DNA of 64,000 bases, from the NCBI GenBank assembly GCA_039915945.1, contig JBDSMH010000049.1, forward strand, positions 5,627-69,626, read 5' to 3'. The position numbers and the translations under genes are program-made. Source of the stretch: Acidimicrobiales bacterium. Its GTDB lineage: Bacteria > Actinomycetota > Acidimicrobiia > Acidimicrobiales > WLNW01. Under the pieces are notes generated by a model. That model searched no databases, was not told the DNA's origin, and saw only the letters and a list, made by a program, of their open reading frames with translations. Below are positions 57,418-64,000 of this stretch, one piece after another; within the stretch, counting starts at the first letter, position 1; the number at the start of each line of letters is the position of its first letter.

Positions 57418-59742
57418 GTGGCCGCGACCTTCTCGATCGACAATGCGTCGGTCGACCCGGCTGCGCCATCGCTCGATCAGTTGTTGGCCGAGCTGGCCGA
57501 TGACGGGCGCGTGATCCACATCGAACGTTCGGCCGAGCGCGCGGCCCGCACCGCGTCGTTGTCGGTGGCGCTGCCCGAAGCCGTGGCGGCCCGCTGTCCA
57601 CCGACGCTGTGGGCGCACCAGGCGGCCGCCATCGATCTCGTGCGCGCCGGCCGGTCGGTCGTGGTGGCCACGGGCACCGCCTCGGGCAAGTCGCTGTGCT
57701 ACCAGCTACCCATCGCCGAAGCCGTTGGCGACCGCATCCGTCAGGGCACCGCACTGGTCATCGGGCCGACGAAAGCACTGGCGCACGACCAGCTCCGGTC
57801 GCTGTCGGCGTTCGACTTTCCCGGCCTCGTGGCGGCGACCTACGACGGTGACTCGACCAGCGAAGAACGCACATGGGTGCGCAATCGAGCCAACGTCGTG
57901 TTCACGAATCCCGAGATGATGCACGCCGGCCTGTTGCCCAATCATCAACGGTGGGCACCCTTCTTGGGACGGTTGCGCTACGTCGTCGTCGACGAGCTGC
58001 ACGCGCTGCGGGGTGTGTTCGGCACGCATGCCGCGCACGTGCTGCGCCGGCTGCGGCGAGTATGCGACCTCTACGGCGCACGGCCGACGTTCGTGTTCTC
58101 GTCGGCCACCATCGGTGATCCCGCAAAGTTGGCCTCTGACCTCTGCGGGTTCCCCGTACTCGCAGTGACAGACGACGGATCACCGCGCGGTCGGCGCACG
58201 TTCGCATTGTTGAACCCTCCGCTGCTCGACATCGACAACGGCCTGCGCACATCGACCAACTCCGAGGCCGCCGCTGTATCGGCCCGCCTCATCGAACTCG
58301 GCTTGCGCACCATCACCTTTTGTCGCAGCCGCAAGGCGACCGAGTTCGTGGCGGCCGACATTCGCTCACGGTTGCCCGGCGAACTGTCGGGTCGCATCCG
58401 CTCGTACCGGGCGGGCTATCTCACCTCCGAGCGCCGTGAAATCGAAGACGAACTCGCGCGCGGTGAAGCGGTCGGCATCGTCGCCACCACGGCGCTCGAA
58501 CTGGGTGTCGACATCGGCGGAGTCGATGCCTGCGTGCTTTCCGGATTCCCCGGAACGATCGCGTCGATGTGGCAGCAAGCGGGGCGCGCCGGGCGCGGCC
58601 TACGACCGAGCGTGACGGTGCTCGTCGCCGGAGAAGATCAACTCGATCAGTGGCTCATGGCGCACCCGAACGAACTCTTCACCCGACCGCCCGAGCCGGC
58701 CGTCATCAACCCGTCGAATGCGTACATCCTCGACCCTCATGTCGCGTGCGCGGCATACGAAAAGCCTCTCACCTATGACGATGCGCGCTACTGGTCCGAC
58801 GATCTCGAGGACAGCGTGCGCGAACTCGTGCAACGTGACCAGCTGCGGCTACGCAGCCGCATTCGCCGGCGCAACAAAGTCGAGCCGACCGCCGTCTGGG
58901 CCGGCAAGGGTGTGCCCGCCCCCAAGGTCGGTTTGCGCACCGGCACCAACGGCGAGTTCCGCATCGTGCTCGACGACGACACGCTCGTGGGCACTGTCGA
59001 TCAAGGCCGCGCGTTCAATCTCGTGCACCCGGGCGCGGTCTACCTGCACCAGGGCCGCACCTATCGCGTCGACGCGCTCGATCTCGATCATCGGCGCGCC
59101 ATCGTCGAACCGTATGACGCGGACGAGTACACGCAGGCCCGCAGCGAGACTTCGATCCGGGTATTGCGCAGTGAGCGCAGTCGTGCCATCGGCCGGTCGT
59201 CATTGCACCTCGGCGCGGTCGAAGTCACGACGCGCGTCGTCGGCTATCAACGGCGCGATGCCCGCAGCCGACGCGTCGTCGCCAAAGAGTCGCTCGACCT
59301 GCCGCCCACGGTGCTCACGACCCGATCGTTCTGGTATGTCGTCGGCGCCGACGTACTCGCGGACGCGGGTGTCGGGCACGATGCCATTGCCGGCACGTTG
59401 CACGCGACCGAGCACGCGGCCATCGGCTTGCTGCCGCTGTTCACGATCTGCGATCGGTGGGACGTCGGCGGCGTGTCGATCGCCTATCACCAAGACACCG
59501 ACGCGCCCGCCGTGTTCGTCTATGACGGCTATCCCGGCGGCGCCGGCATCGCCGAACTCGGTTATTCCGCGGCAGACCGCCACCTCGCGGCGACGCTCGA
59601 CGTGATCACCGCCTGCTCGTGCAGGGCCGGTTGCCCCTCGTGCGTGCACTCGCCCAAGTGCGGCAACGGCAACGAGCCGCTCGACAAGGCGGGCGCGGCC
59701 GCGTTGTTGCGCACGGTGCTCAACCCTCCACTCGCATCGTGA
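57418..59742 (+). CDS. DEAD/DEAH-box helicase with C-terminal DUF1998 (MrfA-type zinc-binding) domain
   Basis: 774 aa. Walker A 'ATGTASGKS', 'VVVDELH', 'TTALELGVD', 'QQAGRAGR'. C-terminal four-Cys 'CSCRAGCPSCVHSPKCGNGN'. Confidence 0.88.
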   Translation: MAATFSIDNASVDPAAPSLDQLLAELADDGRVIHIERSAERAARTASLSVALPEAVAARCPPTLWAHQAAAIDLVRAGRSVVVATGTASGKSLCYQLPIAEAVGDRIRQGTALVIGPTKALAHDQLRSLSAFDFPGLVAATYDGDSTSEERTWVRNRANVVFTNPEMMHAGLLPNHQRWAPFLGRLRYVVVDELHALRGVFGTHAAHVLRRLRRVCDLYGARPTFVFSSATIGDPAKLASDLCGFPVLAVTDDGSPRGRRTFALLNPPLLDIDNGLRTSTNSEAAAVSARLIELGLRTITFCRSRKATEFVAADIRSRLPGELSGRIRSYRAGYLTSERREIEDELARGEAVGIVATTALELGVDIGGVDACVLSGFPGTIASMWQQAGRAGRGLRPSVTVLVAGEDQLDQWLMAHPNELFTRPPEPAVINPSNAYILDPHVACAAYEKPLTYDDARYWSDDLEDSVRELVQRDQLRLRSRIRRRNKVEPTAVWAGKGVPAPKVGLRTGTNGEFRIVLDDDTLVGTVDQGRAFNLVHPGAVYLHQGRTYRVDALDLDHRRAIVEPYDADEYTQARSETSIRVLRSERSRAIGRSSLHLGAVEVTTRVVGYQRRDARSRRVVAKESLDLPPTVLTTRSFWYVVGADVLADAGVGHDAIAGTLHATEHAAIGLLPLFTICDRWDVGGVSIAYHQDTDAPAVFVYDGYPGGAGIAELGYSAADRHLAATLDVITACSCRAGCPSCVHSPKCGNGNEPLDKAGAAALLRTVLNPPLAS

Positions 59743-60097
59743 GTTGATCGCGCAACTCCACCGTCGGCGCGAGCGTGCCTACCAGTGGCACGTCGGTCGG
59801 GCATTGGTACGTCACGCGCACGGTCACCCAGTCGCCGGCACGGACGATGACGACGCTGAGTCGCGACGGCGCGAGACCAGAGCCTTCGCTCGCGGCGCGC
59901 CGGATTGCGTCGTCGTCGAGACCGACCGATGCCGCGCGCGCGGCGCTGCCTGCCGCGTGTGTCACTCGAACCGAGTCGCGCGCCACGAAGCCAACTTGCA
60001 CCACGACGAGCGCGAGCGTGAGTACCAAGGGCAAGACGAGCGCTAACTCGACGGTCGCCTGCCCCCGGCCATTACGCAACGCGCGACGTGATCTCAT
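59720..60097 (-). CDS. tadE: TadE-like pilus assembly (pseudopilin) protein
   Basis: 125 aa from the ATG at 60097. N-terminal 'RGQATVELALVLPLVLTLALVVVQVG' (TadE motif). It overlaps the convergent helicase 3' end by 23 nt. Confidence 0.7.
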   Translation of the reverse strand: MRSRRALRNGRGQATVELALVLPLVLTLALVVVQVGFVARDSVRVTHAAGSAARAASVGLDDDAIRRAASEGSGLAPSRLSVVIVRAGDWVTVRVTYQCPTDVPLVGTLAPTVELRDQLTMRVEG

Positions 60098-60308
60098 TGA
60101 ACACTCGATCGAACAGCGCGCCGATCTTGCCGCTCTGCGCCGCCCATGCCGTGACGGCGAGCGCCACCGCGGCAACGCCGAGTAACAACAGCACGTACTC
60201 GGTCACGGCTTGACCCCGCTGACGGTGCGCCTCCGGCCGAGTACGTGATCGACTCGTGAGCGATGACGCCAATGCGTACGCGTAGGCGCGCTGGATGATG
60301 ATGACCAT
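60072..60308 (-). CDS. flp: Flp/Fap-type pilin precursor
   Basis: 78 aa. GGAGGA SD 6 nt upstream of the ATG. Putative cleavage motif G/QAVTEY followed by hydrophobic 'VLLLLGVAAVALAVTAW'. Basic 32-aa leader. Confidence 0.65.
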   Translation of the reverse strand: MVIIIQRAYAYALASSLTSRSRTRPEAHRQRGQAVTEYVLLLLGVAAVALAVTAWAAQSGKIGALFDRVFNEITSRVA

Positions 60309-60354
60309 GACCTGTCCTCCGGATTTGGAATGATTTCTGGGGGAAGCGGGACGT

Positions 60355-60888
60355 TCAGCCGGTTGTCGTGAGCCCGCTGACGACGGTGAGAACGAAGGGC
60401 GCGACGGTGAGTAGCGCGAACGCCGGGAGGCAGCAAAACACCAGCGGGAACAACAACTGCACCGGCAACTTGCGCGCCCGCTCTTCGAGGACTCGCCGTT
60501 GTGCGAGACGAATCTCGATGGCGGCGCGCTCGAGTGCGGGCACCACCGGCGTGCCGTAGCGGGCCGCCATCGACAGCGCGCTCGACAGCGGGCGAACGAT
60601 CTCGCCCACACGTGCCGGTAGGTCGGCCAGCACGTCGCTCAACCGTGCACCATCGTCGACCTCGGCCACTGCATCGGAGAGCGCGCCACCGAGCGGCCCA
60701 CTCGTGTGCACTGCCACGAGCCGCAGCGCCGCGGCGACGGTGAGCCCCGCCCCGCAGGCCAAGGCGAACAGGTCGACGACGTCGGCCACCGCGAACGGGT
60801 CGACCATGGTCGCGCGGGCACGACGGCGACGACGCCGCCTCGCGAGGGCGATGCACGCGCTGATCGCGGCAAAGGACGCGATCAGCAT
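60355..60888 (-). CDS. tadC: TadC-like type II secretion system F-family membrane protein
   Basis: T2SSF-type pattern: 'LSDVLADLP', 'SSALSMAARYGTPVVPALERAA', and a C-terminal TM pair. The ATG at 60888 overlaps the tadB stop. The longest ORF starts at 60957. Confidence 0.7.
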   Translation of the reverse strand: MLIASFAAISACIALARRRRRRRARATMVDPFAVADVVDLFALACGAGLTVAAALRLVAVHTSGPLGGALSDAVAEVDDGARLSDVLADLPARVGEIVRPLSSALSMAARYGTPVVPALERAAIEIRLAQRRVLEERARKLPVQLLFPLVFCCLPAFALLTVAPFVLTVVSGLTTTG

Positions 60889-61439
60889 GTCGGCCTCGAC
60901 AGTCGTCGGATCCACCAGAGGCCGACGATCTCGCAGGCGAGCCCACCCACGAGGCACAGCTGCCCGGCACTCGATTGCACGACTGCGCCCGCAATCGACG
61001 GATCGACCGCCGCAATCACCAGCGCGAACGCAAACGGTGCGACGCCGATGACAAGTGCAGACGCGCGCGCCTGTGCCGCCATGACCTCGGCCTCGCGTTG
61101 CGCCGACGCGCGAGCTCGCAACGACGACGCCAACGCGTCGAATGTGTGCGCGGCGCCGCCACCAATGGTGTGTGCGATCACCATTGCCGCCGCCACCATC
61201 TGCCGCGCCGGCGAGCTCGACGCACTCGCCCAGTCAGCGAACGACTCGGCAAGAGAACGACCGTGGTCGGCACCGGCGAGCACCATCGCCAGATCACGCC
61301 GCAACGATGCGCCGAGCTCGTCGCTCGCTTCGCGGAGCGCGACCGCGAGAGAGCTACCGCTACGAAGGAATCGAGCGACGGTTTCGAGTAGCTGGGGCAA
61401 CTCGCGATCGTCGGTGTCACGGCGCAGCACACTGATCAT
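60882..61439 (-). CDS. tadB: TadB-like type II secretion system F-family membrane protein
   Basis: 185 aa from the ATG at 61439 (ATGA overlap with tadA). 'LPQLLETVARFLRSGSSLAVAL', followed by TM segments. Confidence 0.65.
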   Translation of the reverse strand: MISVLRRDTDDRELPQLLETVARFLRSGSSLAVALREASDELGASLRRDLAMVLAGADHGRSLAESFADWASASSSPARQMVAAAMVIAHTIGGGAAHTFDALASSLRARASAQREAEVMAAQARASALVIGVAPFAFALVIAAVDPSIAGAVVQSSAGQLCLVGGLACEIVGLWWIRRLSRPTC

Positions 61440-62389
61440 CGCGGCACCGCGCCGATCAGCGCGGATCGATCGATGATCGAGCGCGTGCTCCACCCGTCGG
61501 CCGCGGAATCGACCTCGGCGACATCGACGACCCTGCGGCAGCCGTTGACACCTCGCGCAACGTGGATGACGAGGTCGATCGACGATCCGATCTGTTGGCG
61601 TATCGCCTCGAGGGGCAACCCGCTGCCCGCGACGAGGACCATCGTCTCGAGCCGCCGCAACGCGTCGCCGACTCCGTTGGCGTGGCATGTCGACATCGAG
61701 CCGTCGTGGCCGGTGTTCATCGCCTGCACCATGTCGAAGGCTTCGCCACCGCGCACTTCGCCCACGATCAGCCGGTCGGGTCGCATGCGTAGTGCGTTGC
61801 GCACGAGCTCACGCTGATCGATCGCACCCGCGCCTTCGGCGTTGGAGGGGCGGACCTCGAGGCGCACGACGTGAGGGAGGCGCAGGCGGAGCTCGGCGGC
61901 ATCTTCGATGGTGATGATGCGTTCGCTGCCGTCGATGCGCGCCGCCAGCGCGTTGAGAAGGGTGGTCTTGCCGGCGCTGGTCGCGCCGCTCACGAGCAGA
62001 TTGCGACGATCGTCGATCGCGCGGTGCAGTACCGCGACGACGGATGCATCAGCGAAATCTTGCAGCGCCACGTCGACTGGTCGAAAGCGACGGATCGTGA
62101 GATGAGGCCCGTCGATGGCGACCGGCGGGACGACGACATGCACGCGCGACCCGTCAGCGAGACGACCGTCGGCGAAGGGTGACGACCGATCGACTCGTCG
62201 ACCGAGCGGCCCCAGCACGCGCTCGATCAACGCCTCGACTTCGACGGCGGAGAGGTGCGCGTCGGTGGCCACGAGTGTGCCGGCGCGTTCGATCCACACC
62301 GAACCCGAGCCGTTGACCATCACTTCGCTGACGTGCGCGTCGGCGAGAAACTGCTGTAGCGGTCCGAGTGCGGACGCTTTGGACGACAT
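61436..62389 (-). CDS. tadA: TadA/CpaF-family secretion ATPase
   Basis: 317 aa. Walker A 'SGATSAGKTTLLNAL', 'IITIEDAAEL', 'RPDRLIVGEVRG', 'GHDGSMSTCHAN'. Confidence 0.88.
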   Translation of the reverse strand: MSSKASALGPLQQFLADAHVSEVMVNGSGSVWIERAGTLVATDAHLSAVEVEALIERVLGPLGRRVDRSSPFADGRLADGSRVHVVVPPVAIDGPHLTIRRFRPVDVALQDFADASVVAVLHRAIDDRRNLLVSGATSAGKTTLLNALAARIDGSERIITIEDAAELRLRLPHVVRLEVRPSNAEGAGAIDQRELVRNALRMRPDRLIVGEVRGGEAFDMVQAMNTGHDGSMSTCHANGVGDALRRLETMVLVAGSGLPLEAIRQQIGSSIDLVIHVARGVNGCRRVVDVAEVDSAADGWSTRSIIDRSALIGAVPR

Positions 62390-62523
62390 TTTGCGCGCTC
62401 GCTGTTGTCCGTCCCGACGGTGCGGGGTGAGTGGAGGCCACAGCCGGTGGCGAGCGCAGGTCGCGCTGCGTGGTCGTCACATTAGTGAGGGGTAGTGACA
62501 GTGGCAATGGCTATCGTGAACGC

Positions 62524-63324
62524 GTGCAGGCTGCCTTTTTCGACCTCGACAAGACGGTGATCGCCAAGGCTGCCCTGATGGCGTTCGGTCGGCCACTGCA
62601 CGACGCGGGCTACATCTCGCGTTGGCTCGTGTTGCGCTCGCTGTACGGGCAGTTGGTGTTCCGCTACTTCGGTGCCGACGAAGCGCGCATGAAGAAGATA
62701 CGCGAGGCGTCACTACGGCTCTCCAAGGGTTGGGACCAAGCGAAAGTCACGGCGCTCGTGCGGGAGACGCTCACCGAAGTCATCGAACCGATCGTCTACG
62801 AAGAAGCGCTCGATCTCATCGACAGCCATCGCGCCGCGGGACATCGCATCTACATCGTGTCGGCGTCGCCGGCCGAGATCGTGACGCCACTTGCGCAATA
62901 TCTCGGCGTCGACAGCACGATCTCGACTCGCCCCGAGATCGACGACGACGGTCGCTACACCGGCCGGGTCGAGTTCTATGCGTACGGGCCGTTCAAGGCG
63001 GTCGCCATGCGCGAGTTGGCCATCACCGAGGGCATCGACCTCGCCGAGTCGTTCGCGTATTCCGATTCGATCACCGACTTGCCCATGCTCGAGGCGGTCG
63101 GTCATCCCGTGGCCGTCAACCCCGACCGAGATCTACGCCGCGTCGCGGCCGAACGCGGCTGGGAGATCCGCACGTTCGAGTCGACGGTGGCCCTCAAGAC
63201 CCGCCGTCACGTGAAGCCCGTTGCCATCGGCAGCGGCACGGTCGCCCTCGCGGGAGTTGCCGCCGTCACCTGGTGGTACCTACGACGCGCCAAAGACACT
63301 CGCCGATTTGCGAGCTGGCGTTAA
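62524..63324 (+). CDS. HAD-IB (SerB-like) family hydrolase with C-terminal TM helix
   Basis: GTG at 62524. Motif I 'FFDLDKT', 'IVSASP', 'YSDSITDLPML'. C-terminal 'VALAGVAAVTWWYL'. The ORF track opens at 62431. Confidence 0.8.
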   Translation: MQAAFFDLDKTVIAKAALMAFGRPLHDAGYISRWLVLRSLYGQLVFRYFGADEARMKKIREASLRLSKGWDQAKVTALVRETLTEVIEPIVYEEALDLIDSHRAAGHRIYIVSASPAEIVTPLAQYLGVDSTISTRPEIDDDGRYTGRVEFYAYGPFKAVAMRELAITEGIDLAESFAYSDSITDLPMLEAVGHPVAVNPDRDLRRVAAERGWEIRTFESTVALKTRRHVKPVAIGSGTVALAGVAAVTWWYLRRAKDTRRFASWR

Positions 63325-63355
63325 GTTTCAGAACCGCGGACGGGTCCGAAAAAGC

Positions 63356-63430
63356 TCAGGCAGTGCGGAGCTTCTTCGCGGCGACAGCCAGCAATCCACC
63401 GAGGGCGAGGAGGAGCAACAGTTTCTTCAT
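63356..63430 (-). CDS. possible 24-aa hydrophobic micro-peptide
   Basis: ATG at 63430, TGA at 63356. 'MKKLLLLLALGGLLAVAAKKLRTA'. Its N-terminus resembles small actinobacterial membrane peptides (DLW-39-like N-terminus, but without the DLW motif). Confidence 0.3.
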   Translation of the reverse strand: MKKLLLLLALGGLLAVAAKKLRTA

Positions 63431-63502
63431 CCCGCCACTCTAGGCGCGAGGGTGAGGGCCATGCGCGCCATCACGGCCCGATCCGGCGCTACCGCCCGCC
63501 AT

Positions 63503-64000
63503 TCAGAGGATGAAGAGCATCTCCTGGTAGGTCGCCAGCGGCCAGAGATCGTCGGCCACCAGCGTTTCGAGCTCGTCGGCGGCCGCCCGCACCGCGCTCA
63601 TCGCCGGTAGCAGCGCGTCGCGGCAGAACTCGGCTTCTTGCATGACGGTCTCTGCGTGGCCGTGACCGAGCGCGGCTCGCAGCGCCGCGATGCCCGCGCG
63701 CAGGTCTTTGACCGACGCAGAGACCTCGTCGAGGGTCGAGGCATCGGCCTCGACACCGACCGACCGCAGGCTGGCGACATTCGTCGCCAGCTCGGTTTGG
63801 TAGCGCAGTGCAGCCGAAAGGATGACCGTGGTCGCGACCTCGAGGGTCAACCGGGCCTCGACGCCGATGCTGAGGATGTACTGCTCCATCGCGATGTCGT
63901 AGCGGCTGTGCATCTCGCGGTGGTTGAACACCCCGTAGCGGCTGAAAAGCTCGAGTGATTCGTCGGTGATGAGCTGGGGTAGGGCGTCGAGGGTGGTGCG
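63503..64000 (-). CDS. glnN: glutamine synthetase type III, C-terminal part (gene continues beyond the window)
   Basis: The frame is open to the window edge. 'FNHREMHSRYDIAMEQY...DDLWPLATYQEMLFIL' resembles the GSIII C-terminal domain. Confidence 0.6.
   Translation of the reverse strand, partial: RTTLDALPQLITDESLELFSRYGVFNHREMHSRYDIAMEQYILSIGVEARLTLEVATTVILSAALRYQTELATNVASLRSVGVEADASTLDEVSASVKDLRAGIAALRAALGHGHAETVMQEAEFCRDALLPAMSAVRAAADELETLVADDLWPLATYQEMLFIL

Overview
High-GC actinobacterial-type chromosomal segment, almost entirely coding and mostly on the minus strand. The order or class cannot be fixed from the sequence alone. Gene content is housekeeping. From memory, gene order resembles the mycobacterial radA-disA / clpC1 / lysS-coaX-panC / folK-folB-folP-folE / hpt-tilS / topA-holB / Tad-pilus neighbourhood. 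Recognisable genes are listed here in window order.
- Start of window: NUDIX hydrolase, glnD, larE-like, hemQ, fdhD, nitrobindin.
- groEL, preceded by two CIRCE operators.
- A MoaD/ThiS-like carrier, gpgS, glycerate kinase, tRNA-Thr(TGT), and an LLM oxidoreductase.
- prmA-rlmB-ispF-ispD, crp, a dienelactone hydrolase, and radA-disA.
- clpC, a polyprenyl synthase, and a small variable block holding NTF2-like, TauD and SDR genes plus two decayed genes.
- An 11.5-kb co-directional cofactor array: lysS, coaX, nadC, nadB, panC, folK, folB, folP, folE, hpt, tilS.
- A DUF2342 metalloprotease, sigH/rsrA, and tRNA-Thr(CGT).
- A PAS-GAF-GGDEF-EAL protein, holB-tmk, an MFS transporter, and topA.
- A STAS protein, a DUF1998-type helicase, and a Flp/Tad pilus locus.
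- A HAD-IB hydrolase and the 3' end of a type III glutamine synthetase gene.
I saw no CRISPR array, transposase, integrase, or recognisable defence system.
The most unusual items are these.
- A tandem pair of divergent paralogs, each with a zinc ribbon, one TM helix, a Pro/Thr linker and a beta-rich ectodomain. They lie directly downstream of radA-disA.
- A translationally coupled larE / two unknown small proteins / glnD / NUDIX module.
- A DUF2510-scramblase-family gene wedged between nadB and nadC.
- A phosphatase-fold protein lacking the catalytic Cys and Arg, inserted between folP and folB.
- A lipoprotein-TM-HAD fusion.
- A STAS protein paired with an unknown 177-aa protein ahead of topA.
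- Several gene-decay or recoding signatures: a +1-frameshifted receiver domain, an SDR with CGA->TGA plus a frameshift, and a CocE/NonD fragment.
- Two perfect or near-perfect direct repeats in intergenic DNA.
All functional calls rest on motif recognition from the translated ORFs. No database search was run.
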